The notes beneath the pieces were generated by a model. The model worked only from the letters and a program-made list of their open reading frames with translations, did not search any database and was not told the origin of the DNA. From the NCBI RefSeq assembly GCF_021378375.1, contig NZ_CP076228.1:780001-812000 (forward strand): 32,000 nt of DNA. The letters run 5' to 3'. This stretch comes from Wolbachia endosymbiont of Drosophila innubila (GTDB lineage: Bacteria; Pseudomonadota; Alphaproteobacteria; Rickettsiales; Anaplasmataceae). How positions within the stretch are numbered: position 1 is the stretch's first letter; the number at the start of each line of letters is the position of its first letter. Position numbers and translations under genes: made by a program. This document shows positions 1 to 11,755 of the stretch, in pieces.

Positions 1-28
1 TGCTTTGCTAAACATAGTTTAGTTCGAG

Positions 29-101
29 TGGCTGAGGAGGGACTTGAACCCCCGACCAAGAGATTATGATCCTCCTGCTCTACCAACTGAGCTACTCAGC
101 C
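29..101 (-). tRNA. tRNA-Met (anticodon CAT)
   Basis: Reverse complement GGCTGAGTAGCTCAGTTGGTAGAGCAGGAGGATCATAATCTCT...GGTTCAAGTCCCTCCTCAGCCA folds as a cloverleaf; acceptor GGCTGAG/CTCAGCC; anticodon CAT. Confidence 0.93.
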
Positions 102-1393
102 TAATTAAAAACCTTATTATACACACGATCTATATGTTTCGTATAATACTTCAAATCAAACAAAGATTCAAGTTTTTCCGAGTTAATAACCTTAAGTAAG
201 GGTTTATCTTGTTTCAATTCGGCCAGAAAATCACTGTTGTTTTGTTTCACTTTCATTGCATTGCTCTGAACAATTTTATACGCCTCTTCCCTCGCCAAAC
301 CACTATTTACTAACTCAAGCAATACACGCTGTGAGAAAACTAAACCTTTTGAAGAATTTAAGTTCTTTTCAATGTTTTCCTTATTGATCACCAATTTATC
401 TATCAAATCTGTTAATCGCACTAAAGCAAAATCCATTGTTATACAAGCATCAGGAGCAATGCATCTTTCCACAGACGAGTGTGATATATCACGTTCGTGC
501 CACAATGCAACATTTTCTAACGCAGGAAAAACATAACTGCGTATTAAACGTGAGAGTCCAGTCAGATTTTCACTTAAAATAGGATTACATTTGTGTGGCA
601 TAGCAGAGCTTCCCTTCTGCCCAGTGGAAAAATGCTCAGAAATTTCGCCGATTTCAGTTCTTTGCAAATGACGAATTTCAACAGCAACATTTTCTATTGA
701 ACTTGCAATTACTCCCAAAACTGAAAAGAACATGGCATGTCTATCACGAGGAATGATTTGAGATGATATGGTTTCAGGTATGAGTCCCATTTCTTTCGCT
801 ACATATTCTTCAACAAACGGATCAACATTTGCAAAATTGCCTACTGCACCTGATATTTTACAAATTGAGATCTCTTTTTGCGCGCTAATTAATCTCTGAT
901 AATTGCGTTTAAATTCAGCATAAAATCTGGCAAATTTTATTCCAAGAGTTGTTGGTTCTGCATGCATTCCGTGACTGCGTCCAACACAAACAATATCTTT
1001 ATAGTCCTCAGCTTTTTTTTTCAATGCTGCAAGTAAATTTTTTAGATTCTCGAGCAAAATATCACAGGACTCTTTCAGTTGCACCGCAAGGCATGTATCC
1101 AAAACATCAGAACTTGTCATTCCATAATGAAGATAACGAACATCAACTCCCGCTTTTTTAGCAATATATGTCAGAAAAGCTATAACATCATGTTTTACAA
1201 TGGATTCAATTTCGTTGATACATTCAACATCAAATTCAATAGCACCAGAGAGGTTCTCAGCAATATTATTCGGAATCACTCCTAACTTTGCTTGAGCTTC
1301 ACACGCTAATTTTTCTATTTTAAGCCATATATTAAATTTATTATTTTCCTCCCAAATGGAAGACATTTCTTTTCTGCTATAGCGGGGAATCAT
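101..1393 (-). CDS. purB: adenylosuccinate lyase
   Basis: 430 aa ORF; starts MIPRYSRKEMSSIWEENNKF (typical PurB N-terminus) and contains the fumarase/ASL signature region GSSAMPHKCNPI. Confidence 0.96.
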   Translation of the reverse strand: MIPRYSRKEMSSIWEENNKFNIWLKIEKLACEAQAKLGVIPNNIAENLSGAIEFDVECINEIESIVKHDVIAFLTYIAKKAGVDVRYLHYGMTSSDVLDTCLAVQLKESCDILLENLKNLLAALKKKAEDYKDIVCVGRSHGMHAEPTTLGIKFARFYAEFKRNYQRLISAQKEISICKISGAVGNFANVDPFVEEYVAKEMGLIPETISSQIIPRDRHAMFFSVLGVIASSIENVAVEIRHLQRTEIGEISEHFSTGQKGSSAMPHKCNPILSENLTGLSRLIRSYVFPALENVALWHERDISHSSVERCIAPDACITMDFALVRLTDLIDKLVINKENIEKNLNSSKGLVFSQRVLLELVNSGLAREEAYKIVQSNAMKVKQNNSDFLAELKQDKPLLKVINSEKLESLFDLKYYTKHIDRVYNKVFN

Positions 1394-1415
1394 TTTTGAT
1401 TTATTCCAATAATGG

Positions 1416-1552
1416 TGTCATTCCAGTGCGTGACACTGGAATCCAGATATAAAAGTATTTGCAAATTATTCAATGGACAACGGATTCTAGAAGCATAAAA
1501 TAATGTCCATGATGAAATAAACTGGATCCCAGTGTCACGCACTGGGATGACA
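1416..1552. repeat. Composite Wolbachia palindromic element (two ~31 bp arms, each itself a hairpin)
   Basis: Left arm TGTCATTCCAGTGCGTGACACTGGAATCCAG (1416-1446); right arm CTGGATCCCAGTGTCACGCACTGGGATGACA (1522-1552) is its near-perfect reverse complement. Each arm has its own 9 bp stem. Confidence 0.85.
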
Positions 1553-1629
1553 TGAGGGAAGCACTGGGATGACACCAGCTTAGCCATGGCAGAAATTTCT
1601 TTACGACTATAACAAGGGATCATCTTTGA

Positions 1630-2184
1630 TCAGCTATCATCACCATCAGTAGCTTCTTTATTCGCATCTTGCTCTGCCTCTTGTTGCTCAGACTTCTGAT
1701 TTTGCAATTTTACTTGCCTTAGCTCATTTGCATCTGTTTCGGATTTCACGACGTATATAGTAATTGGTACTACTACTTCACTATGTAATTCTACGTTTAC
1801 TTGGTATTCACCCAAGTTTTTGATGCTTACTCCACCAAAAGATAAACTACGGTGATCTATCACATGTCCTTCTTGTAGTAAAATTTTCGCAATTTCACGT
1901 GTTGTTACAGAACCAAAAATTTTACCATCCTCTGAAGCTTGCTTTATTAATACCACAAACTTATCATGTAGTGACAACGCAAGCTCTTTTGCTACATTTA
2001 ATCTTTTTATATTCTCTTCTTCCAGTAATAAACGTTGCTCCTCTAGCTTTGTTAAATTTTCCTTGGTAACTTTCACCGCTTTTCTTTGTGGAAAAAGAAA
2101 ATTACGTGCATAACCTGGTTTAACTTTGACAACTTCACCAAGCTTACCTAAAGTCCTTATATTTTCCTTTAAAATTATCAACAT
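1630..2184 (-). CDS. rplI: 50S ribosomal protein L9 with acidic/polar C-terminal extension
   Basis: MLIILKENIRTLGKLGEVVKVKPGYARNFLFPQRKA is the canonical L9 N-terminus. Confidence 0.95.
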   Translation of the reverse strand: MLIILKENIRTLGKLGEVVKVKPGYARNFLFPQRKAVKVTKENLTKLEEQRLLLEEENIKRLNVAKELALSLHDKFVVLIKQASEDGKIFGSVTTREIAKILLQEGHVIDHRSLSFGGVSIKNLGEYQVNVELHSEVVVPITIYVVKSETDANELRQVKLQNQKSEQQEAEQDANKEATDGDDS

Positions 2185-2191
2185 AAATTAC

Positions 2192-2467
2192 CTAAACTTT
2201 TTTAGTACAGTAAGGAATAAGAGCTAAAAAACGTGCCCTTATGATCGCTAAGCGTAACTTCCTTTGTTTTTTTGCACATACGCCTGTTAATCTTCTAGGT
2301 AATATCCTACCATAGTCAGAGGTAAACTTGGATAATAAATCTATATTCTTATAATCTATGTCTTCATCTTTAGACGCAGCAAGAGGGCAAACTTTAGAAC
2401 GCCTAAAGCCAGTCCTATTATTTACAGATACGTAAGAATTATTAAAACTATTTCGTCTTTTCATCAT
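2192..2467 (-). CDS. rpsR: 30S ribosomal protein S18
   Basis: [50 protein letters not shown] is the S18 core; lies in an rpsF-rpsR-rplI operon. Confidence 0.96.
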   Translation of the reverse strand: MMKRRNSFNNSYVSVNNRTGFRRSKVCPLAASKDEDIDYKNIDLLSKFTSDYGRILPRRLTGVCAKKQRKLRLAIIRARFLALIPYCTKKV

Positions 2468-3240
2468 TATGCGCTTTGCTCCTCAATTTGTTTATTCATC
2501 ATATGAGATTTACCTTCAAAAATTTTATCAACCTGCACAGGAAAGTGGCGAATAACGTTCTCATTAAGTTTCATTCTACGCATAAATTCATCCAGAATGC
2601 TTGCAGTAGAACTTATGCACATTATACAATAATGACCGCTCTTCATTTTATTTTTGTGATATGCAAAATCCAAAAGACCCCAATGTTCATACTTGATTAA
2701 TCCTGATGCTTCAATGTTTTTCAAAAGCATTTCCAACGCTTTGCTCGATTGAGTTGGACCGTTTATTCTAAAATCTTTCAAAGTATCTTGAAAAATCTTT
2801 ATTAGATGTTCTGAAATATTTCTCTTCAAAGCATTTACTGCGTTATGGATAAACGCACTTTTAGTACTGCCTCCTAGAAATTTTGTAAAATCTTGCGTTA
2901 TTCCTAAATCTTTTAGGTCATCTTTCAACTCTTTATCGATTTTTGACTTCACTTCTTTCAAATTTGAAAGATCTTCTTCTAATTCAACCCATAAAATTTT
3001 TGTAAGATCTTCCAAGAAATCAGAGTAAGCAACTAGACTTTCTTTAATGTCCTCAGCACGCACTTCTAACTCTTGTTTTGTAAGCTTGTCATTTCCTTTT
3101 TTCAGAATATCCCTGATTTGCTGGAACATAATATCTGCTTTAATATTTTTCAATGAAACAGCTAGCTCTTGGACCATCTCCTCTACTTCTTGCTGTAACA
3201 ATCCTTGTTGTGCTATAAAAGTAAATTCATAAAGATTCAC
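2467..3240 (-). CDS. rpsF: 30S ribosomal protein S6 with large internal insertion
   Basis: N-terminus [23 protein letters not shown] and C-terminal part [32 protein letters not shown]...[15 protein letters not shown] match S6. The operon context fits. Total 257 aa against ~95-130 aa for typical S6. Confidence 0.88.
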   Translation of the reverse strand: MNLYEFTFIAQQGLLQQEVEEMVQELAVSLKNIKADIMFQQIRDILKKGNDKLTKQELEVRAEDIKESLVAYSDFLEDLTKILWVELEEDLSNLKEVKSKIDKELKDDLKDLGITQDFTKFLGGSTKSAFIHNAVNALKRNISEHLIKIFQDTLKDFRINGPTQSSKALEMLLKNIEASGLIKYEHWGLLDFAYHKNKMKSGHYCIMCISSTASILDEFMRRMKLNENVIRHFPVQVDKIFEGKSHMMNKQIEEQSA

Positions 3241-3288
3241 TATATCTTCCTTTAATACCGATTAAATATTTCATTATATAAAGCTTTT

Positions 3289-6200
3289 TTATATAAGCAA
3301 GTTATTTGTATTAATTTCTACGCATTTAATCCAGCTTAAATTAGATATTTCATAAATTACTTGAGGAGCAATTGAGTATGCACCTGGTAATAAGATGCTC
3401 ACTTTATGTTTTTCGAGAAGAAGTTTTAGCATTATTTTGGTTCTGCCTTCATCTTTCAATATTGTGTTTAATTCCATAGCGGCTTTTTGCGAATCCGTGC
3501 ACTCAGTGGTGAGAACTAATTCTTTTATTGTAGAAGTGACTCTTTTTGTAAACTCAGATATATCCTTGCCTGCTAATCTTGTTGTATTTTCCGAAGCTTC
3601 AAGATCAATTATCACAAATGTTCCTGGTGAAAATAAATCTCTTTTTTCTTCTATTATTTCATTATTGTAGAATGCTATTTCAGAAACGTTATGGGGATCA
3701 GAAAGTGTGAGGATAACAAACCTTCCACGCTCTGAAGTTCTCATACGTGCATTTAATATTACCCCAGCAGTTTTTGCTGTTCTATTTTCTCCGATAAACC
3801 CAATATTTAACTTTTCCAGAAGAGTTCTAAATTTTTCAAGCGGATGATTAGTTAAATAAAATCCTAGTGAAAATAACTCATGTTCTAATTTTTCCTCTTC
3901 ATCAAAATCTTCCACATTCTCAAGTTTCGGTTTGAGGACATCAAGACTACCAAACAAAGCAGCTTGACTTGATTCTCTATCCTGTTTGTTTTTATTTGCA
4001 AAGTAAATCAGCGTGTCCATTGACTCATATAGCTGCTTTCTGTTCTTATGCACGCTATCGAATGCTCCGGATTTAATCAGGCTTTCTAGCGCTCTCTTAT
4101 TTATTATATGACCTGAATTTTGAATGAATTCCCATATGTCCTTACAAGCGCTTGAACGTACGTTCACTATTCCTTCCGCTATAGAAAAACCAACATTCCT
4201 CAAGGCAGCAATACCATAACGTATGCGTTCATCCTCTATTGAGAATTCAGCTTGAGACTTGTTTATATCAGGTGAAAGAACGGTAACGCCACTAAACTTT
4301 GCTGCATGATAAAATAAATTCAGTTTATCTCTATCATCAATATTCAGATTCATTAGTGCTGTAAAAAATTCTAATGGATAATTAGCTTTAAGGTAAGCCG
4401 TTTGATAAGATATCACCGCATATGCTGCAGCATGAGATTTATTGAACCCATAACCAGCAAATTTTGCAACAAGGTCAAAGATATAACTTGCCCTGTTGTA
4501 ATCAACGCCATTCTTCGTTGCCCCTTGGATGAAAAGTTCACGTTGTTTATCCATCTCTTCCTTGATTTTCTTACCCATAGCACGTCTCAGCAAATCTGCT
4601 TCCGCTAAGCTATACCCGGAAAGAATACGGGCTATTTCCATCACTTGTTCTTGGTAAATTATTACCCCAAATGTCTCTTTTAATACTTCCTCAAGTAACG
4701 GATGAATATAATCTGGCTTTTCAAGTCCGTGTTTTCTTGCAACATAAGTTGGAATGTTATCCATAGGTCCTGGACGATAAAGGGAAATTAAAGCGATAAT
4801 ATCTTCAATGCAGTCCGGTTTTAGTTTAATTAAAGCTTCTCTCATTCCCGAACTTTCAAGCTGAAACACTCCAATTGAATCACCGCTTGAGAGTATCTCA
4901 TAGGTTTTTTGGTCATTTAAAGGAACTGAAGAAATATCAATCTTTTTTCCATCACGATTAATTAAACGACATACATGATCTATTAGCGTTAGCGTACCAA
5001 GCCCAAGAAAATCAAATTTTATTAGCCCAGCTTTCTCCACATATTTCATGCTGTATTGAGTGATTGGCAAAGCCGAATTTGGATCATAGTACACAGGAAC
5101 AAAATTTTCCAACTTTTGATCACATATTACAATTCCAGCAGCATGAGTTGAAACGTGACGATATATTCCTTCGAGCCTTAGCGATATATCAAGAAGCTTT
5201 GCAATTACCTCATCACTATCCCGCTCTTTCTGCAGGTTTTGATCAAACTCTATCGCTTGTGATAAAGTTACAGGATTTACTGGATTAAATGGAACCATTT
5301 TAGATATTTTATCCACTTGAGAGTAAGGCATTTGCAATACTCTACCAACATCACGCAATACTGCCCTTGCCTGCAATTTACCAAAAGTGATTATTTGAGC
5401 AACATAACCGTACTTTTTCTGAACATAATCAATAACCAGGTCCCTTTTCTCTTGGCAGAAATCGATATCAAAGTCAGGCATCGATACACGATCAGGATTC
5501 AAAAATCTTTCAAATATTAGGCCAAACTTTATTGGATCAAGGTCTGTAATCTGCAAGCCCCAAGCAACAATTGATCCAGCACCAGAGCCTCTTCCTGGAC
5601 CAACTGGAATGCCATTTGCTTTGCTCCAACGAATGAAATCAGAAACTATCAAAAAGTAGCCAGCGTAGTTCATCGAAGTTATCACACTCAGTTCGTAATT
5701 CAGCCGATCGTAGTATTGTTTAAGGTCTATGTCTGTCTCATTCGCAATACGGAATTCTAATCCTGCAACTGCCTGCTCCCTCAGTTCTTCATTCTCAGTT
5801 TTATTTTCTCGACAAGGAAATTTAGGCAAAATAGGCTGCCTGCTTCTTGGCATGTAAGAGCACCGCTTAGCTATCACTAAAGTGTTATGAATTGCTTCGG
5901 GAATGTCGCTGAACAGCTCCTCCATTTCTGCCACAGACTTGAAGTAATGCTCGGTAGTTAACTTCTTTCTGTTATTCTCCAGGGCATAACTCCCCTCCGA
6001 TATACACGTTAATATATCATAAGCCTCATAGTCAGACCTATTTGGAAAAAACACATCGTTCGTTGCAACTAGTGGTATATTGCGCTGATAAGCAAAGTCT
6101 ATCAAAGCTTCTTCAAGCTCTAGCTCTTTATTCAGCCCATGACGCTGCAATTCAACATATAAATGACCATTAAATGCTGAAAGCAGTTTTTCAACCGTTT

Positions 6201-6618
6201 CTTTATCTTGCCCCAACAATAGTTGAGCCAAACATCCACCGGTTAAAGCGATCAGACCCGTACTTAAATTCAATAGCTCATCAAAATCAACGTAAGGAAT
6301 ATCGCTGTTATTCTTGCGCTTTCTAAAAGACTCACTCACCAAAGTGACTAAATTAGTGTACCCTTGCTCATTTTTTGCAAGCAATAATATAGGTAAATTT
6401 TGTTCTGAATGTTTAACTATAATATTGCATCCTATTATTAGCTGTATTCCCCTACTTGCCGCATATTCTGCAAATTCAAGTGAGCCAAACAAGTTACCTG
6501 AATCAGTAATTGCAACCGCTGGCATTTTATTTCGCAAACAAAGGCCGATCAGCTCCTCAATTTTAACCGAGCTTTCAAGCAGCGAATAAACACTATGAAC
6601 ACGCAAGTGTATGAACAT
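3289..6618 (-). CDS. dnaE: DNA polymerase III subunit alpha
   Basis: The track ORF extends to 6663; the likely real start is the internal ATG giving MFIHLRVHSVYSLLESSVKI (PHP domain). Contains PDFDIDFCQEKRD, GRGSGAGSIVAW and GYGFNKSHAAAYAVISYQTAYLKANYP. Confidence 0.95.
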   Translation of the reverse strand: MFIHLRVHSVYSLLESSVKIEELIGLCLRNKMPAVAITDSGNLFGSLEFAEYAASRGIQLIIGCNIIVKHSEQNLPILLLAKNEQGYTNLVTLVSESFRKRKNNSDIPYVDFDELLNLSTGLIALTGGCLAQLLLGQDKETVEKLLSAFNGHLYVELQRHGLNKELELEEALIDFAYQRNIPLVATNDVFFPNRSDYEAYDILTCISEGSYALENNRKKLTTEHYFKSVAEMEELFSDIPEAIHNTLVIAKRCSYMPRSRQPILPKFPCRENKTENEELREQAVAGLEFRIANETDIDLKQYYDRLNYELSVITSMNYAGYFLIVSDFIRWSKANGIPVGPGRGSGAGSIVAWGLQITDLDPIKFGLIFERFLNPDRVSMPDFDIDFCQEKRDLVIDYVQKKYGYVAQIITFGKLQARAVLRDVGRVLQMPYSQVDKISKMVPFNPVNPVTLSQAIEFDQNLQKERDSDEVIAKLLDISLRLEGIYRHVSTHAAGIVICDQKLENFVPVYYDPNSALPITQYSMKYVEKAGLIKFDFLGLGTLTLIDHVCRLINRDGKKIDISSVPLNDQKTYEILSSGDSIGVFQLESSGMREALIKLKPDCIEDIIALISLYRPGPMDNIPTYVARKHGLEKPDYIHPLLEEVLKETFGVIIYQEQVMEIARILSGYSLAEADLLRRAMGKKIKEEMDKQRELFIQGATKNGVDYNRASYIFDLVAKFAGYGFNKSHAAAYAVISYQTAYLKANYPLEFFTALMNLNIDDRDKLNLFYHAAKFSGVTVLSPDINKSQAEFSIEDERIRYGIAALRNVGFSIAEGIVNVRSSACKDIWEFIQNSGHIINKRALESLIKSGAFDSVHKNRKQLYESMDTLIYFANKNKQDRESSQAALFGSLDVLKPKLENVEDFDEEEKLEHELFSLGFYLTNHPLEKFRTLLEKLNIGFIGENRTAKTAGVILNARMRTSERGRFVILTLSDPHNVSEIAFYNNEIIEEKRDLFSPGTFVIIDLEASENTTRLAGKDISEFTKRVTSTIKELVLTTECTDSQKAAMELNTILKDEGRTKIMLKLLLEKHKVSILLPGAYSIAPQVIYEISNLSWIKCVEINTNNLLI

Positions 6619-6717
6619 AAAAAACTTTAGATCAACAAAAAAGGATAACATTAATTTACTCATGAGAACATAATTTTCATGAGAACAAAAGCCTATAAAA
6701 TTCTAAAATTAAAATAC

Positions 6718-7270
6718 AAAAACTTACTTGACAAACTCCGCCAGCGCCCTTATCATGAAACTGAAGCTATTGTATTTGCTTTCGCCAATCTGCAGATTAA
6801 AAGGTAAGGATTACTTAATGTATCGGCGTCTCATGTTCAATTTTTTGCAGTATATAGATACTGTATGTCTTTACAAAACTTCATCTACATCTAGATTTTT
6901 ATCTAAATAAGCTGAACGCGCTTATAAAGCGTTACAAGACATCAAAAAATGCCAATACTCGACAGAGATAGTAAAAGACTAGCTAACTCGGGGATTCTTT
7001 GTCTTTTTTTCTGCTTAGTAAACTTCTTAAACATTTGCAGCGTAAGTTAGTTGCAATTAAAAGCAGCTTAATCTTGCTTGTCAAGCGTTTAAAACATAAA
7101 AAACGCCAATATTTTAAAGCGGATAATAACCCCAGGGCTTCTTTTGCCTTTTTTTTCATTTGGTAAATTTCTTAACGTTTGCAGCTAAACGACAACCGTC
7201 ATCCCGCTGCTTGTTAGCGGGATCTCTTGTTAGCGGCTGAGATACCGCGAATGAATCGCGGTATGACGTA
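6718..7270. repeat. ~553 bp intergenic repeat, copy 1 (inverted relative to 29699-30253)
   Basis: AACTTACTTGACAAACTCCGCCAGCGCCCTTATCATG...CGCGGTATGACGTA is near-identical to the reverse complement of 29699-30253. Confidence 0.95.
6728..6756 (+). promoter_or_regulatory. Near-consensus sigma70 promoter inside the 553 bp repeat
   Basis: TTGACA (6728-6733), 17 nt spacer, TATCAT (6751-6756). Confidence 0.55.
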
Positions 7271-7300
7271 GGGATTGCATTAGCTATAATTCTTTAGTTT

Positions 7301-8623
7301 TCACTTTTCTTTTAACCTTGCAATGATATTTTCTTTGCCGATAAAAATTAATAGTTTAGCGAGCTCTGGTCCTGTTTCTGTTCCTGTTAAAGCTGAACGC
7401 AACTGCGTAAATAGGTTTTTTGCCTTTATATCCACTGTTTGTCGAATAGTTTTGACCCATTCTGACAACGTGTTTTCATTACAATCACCTTGGGGCAATG
7501 CATTGAACGCAATTTTTATAAGCTCCTTATCAAGAATCACAGGCTCTATATCAGATTTGCATATTTTCCACCACTTGGCCACCTCAGAAAACCTTTCTAT
7601 ATTGTTCCTTATAAAATACCAAAACTCTGAGGAGCCCACTCCAATTTGATTTAAACGGTCTTGCACCATTTCAAATAGCATTTGTTGCAGCACTTTGCTA
7701 TTTAGCTTATACATTTCACTCAAGCTGAATTGTGCAGATGCTGAGCTAAATTTTTTAATGTCAAATGAATCAATCAAAGATTGCATACAGGCGCAAGCTT
7801 CAATTGGATTGGATGTTCCAAGCTTCACTAAATAACTAACTAGTGCCATCGGTTCAATTTCATCTTCTTTTATAGATTTGATATCCAGCCCGCCTTTCCG
7901 TTTCGATATCTTGCTATCATCAAAATGTAGCAAAGACAGGTGAGCAAATGTAGGGATTTTCGCTTTTAATGCTTTAATCATTTGGATTTGCACTGCGGTA
8001 TTAGTTACATGATCTTCCCCGCGTACAATATGAGTTACATTAAAGTCAACATCATCAGTAACAGAAGGTAACATGTATGTGTAAATTCCATCTTCTCTTT
8101 TTACCACAGGGTCGCTGACGCTACTGGTTGCAATATTTATTTCACCTTTAACTTCATCATTCCATTTTACAACTTCATTTCTATCCAATTTAAATCTAAA
8201 ATGTGGTCTTCGTCCTTCTTGCTCATAACGAATTTTCTCTTGCTCAGTTAGAAGTAACGCGCTTCTGTCATATACCGGGGGAAATCCTTGTTTTAACTGC
8301 AATTTTCGTTTAATGTCTAACTCTTCTCTTGTTTCATAGCATGCATAAATATGCCCTTCTTTTATTAACTGCAAAAACACCTCATTGTAACGCTCAAAGC
8401 GCTCTGATTGCTTAAAACTTGCATCCCAATCTATGCCAATCCATTTTAGGTCTTCTATGATATCATTTATATATTTGACATCTGAACGCTGAAGGTCAGT
8501 ATCATCAAAACGGAGTAAAAATTTTCCGTTTTGATTGCGTGTGTACATCCAACAAACCAAGGCAGTTCGTACGTTTCCTACGTGGAGGTAGCCAGTTGGG
8601 CTTGGAGCGAATCTTGTTAGCAT
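7301..8623 (-). CDS. gltX: glutamyl-tRNA synthetase
   Basis: [25 protein letters not shown] (HIGH-like motif) and KISKRKGG (KMSKS-like motif). Confidence 0.95.
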   Translation of the reverse strand: MLTRFAPSPTGYLHVGNVRTALVCWMYTRNQNGKFLLRFDDTDLQRSDVKYINDIIEDLKWIGIDWDASFKQSERFERYNEVFLQLIKEGHIYACYETREELDIKRKLQLKQGFPPVYDRSALLLTEQEKIRYEQEGRRPHFRFKLDRNEVVKWNDEVKGEINIATSSVSDPVVKREDGIYTYMLPSVTDDVDFNVTHIVRGEDHVTNTAVQIQMIKALKAKIPTFAHLSLLHFDDSKISKRKGGLDIKSIKEDEIEPMALVSYLVKLGTSNPIEACACMQSLIDSFDIKKFSSASAQFSLSEMYKLNSKVLQQMLFEMVQDRLNQIGVGSSEFWYFIRNNIERFSEVAKWWKICKSDIEPVILDKELIKIAFNALPQGDCNENTLSEWVKTIRQTVDIKAKNLFTQLRSALTGTETGPELAKLLIFIGKENIIARLKEK

Positions 8624-8822
8624 TTAAATAGCAATATTGTTTACTCTAATTTATTTTAATTTTATATAAATATATGGCTAGAGCAAGCGAGATCTGCTAA
8701 TACAATTGAGCAAGAGAAGAATAAGTATGGCTATAGCATTGTGGCACCTTTGATATTTGATGGATTAAGACCATATGATAAATTCAAGAAAATTCACAGC
8801 TTGACGACAAAGGCTAATGTAG

Positions 8823-10826
<2,004 letters not shown>

Positions 10827-10864
10827 AACTTGGATTGTATATTAAATCAAAGTTGCAAGACTAT

Positions 10865-11746
10865 TTAGAGAGTAGCCAATTCTTTCCATCCAAGAATCAT
10901 TTTATTGACTTGCCTCAATTTTTCAACAGAAGGCAAGTCTTCTGTGCTGAGCGGTAGGCGGACAGTTTGATGTTCTATGAGCCCAATATCATGCAAAAGT
11001 GCTTTAGTGGGTATTGGGTTGCTGGCAATAAATAGGGCTTCGCAAGCCTGTTGCCAGATATCTGCCTGAGGGTTCCTGCCATTGAGGCACTTCTTAACAT
11101 ATTCATGTGCTACATATGGCCAAACATTGGAAGCAACGGAAACCAAGCCAGCCGCACCATAAGCGGCCATATCGGATATCATATTATCATCTCCACAAAA
11201 GACCTCAATATTTGGTGCAACTTTCTTATACTGAGCTAAAGTATCAACAGTGCCACTTGAATCTTTGATAGCCCAAAATTTTTCGTGGCTGGATAAGTTG
11301 CGTACAGTTTCAGCGTGAAGATTTATTCCTGCTCTTGATGGAATATTGTAAAACATAACCGGCACATGTGCTTTCTCAAGCAGCTTTTCAAACCATAAAG
11401 TCTGCCCCATAATTCCGGGCTTTGCATAAATGGGAGTTGTCATTAGATAGCCATGAATAGGCATACCCTTGCAAAAATCAAGCCATTCAAGAGTCTGATA
11501 TAGATTCACTCCTGGTACGCCAATTATAATTTTCGTATTTAATTTTAGCTTACATACGAATTCAACTAATGTACGCTTTTCAGAATCAGTAAGCGATAGG
11601 CTCTCACCTGTGCTACTCAGCAACACTACGCCATTTTCAGCTTTAACTTGCATTGTCAGTAAACGCTGCAAACTGCTATAATCTATACTATCTCCATTGC
11701 AATTAAAAGGAGTAACACAAGCAGTCCATAAAAATGTAGATTTCAA
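10865..11746 (-). CDS. dapA: 4-hydroxy-tetrahydrodipicolinate synthase
   Basis: LLSSTGESLSLTDSEKRTLVEF, IIIGVPG, VMFYNIPSRAGINL and WAIKDSSG are typical DapA motifs. Confidence 0.92.
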   Translation of the reverse strand: MKSTFLWTACVTPFNCNGDSIDYSSLQRLLTMQVKAENGVVLLSSTGESLSLTDSEKRTLVEFVCKLKLNTKIIIGVPGVNLYQTLEWLDFCKGMPIHGYLMTTPIYAKPGIMGQTLWFEKLLEKAHVPVMFYNIPSRAGINLHAETVRNLSSHEKFWAIKDSSGTVDTLAQYKKVAPNIEVFCGDDNMISDMAAYGAAGLVSVASNVWPYVAHEYVKKCLNGRNPQADIWQQACEALFIASNPIPTKALLHDIGLIEHQTVRLPLSTEDLPSVEKLRQVNKMILGWKELATL

Positions 11747-11755
11747 TTTAAATTG

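Noticed and set aside
949-1285. Plus-strand ORFs antisense to purB (70 and 68 aa)
   Set aside because: Short antisense frames within a strong conserved CDS; no independent coding evidence.
3395-6589. Several plus-strand ORFs antisense to dnaE
   Set aside because: Antisense shadow ORFs in a confident 1.1 kaa gene.
6728-6910. 60 aa ORF (MTNSASALIM...), mirrored at 30059-30241
   Set aside because: It exists only because the 553 bp repeat is duplicated, overlaps the predicted promoter region, and has low-complexity composition with no recognisable domain. Treated as a repeat, not a gene.
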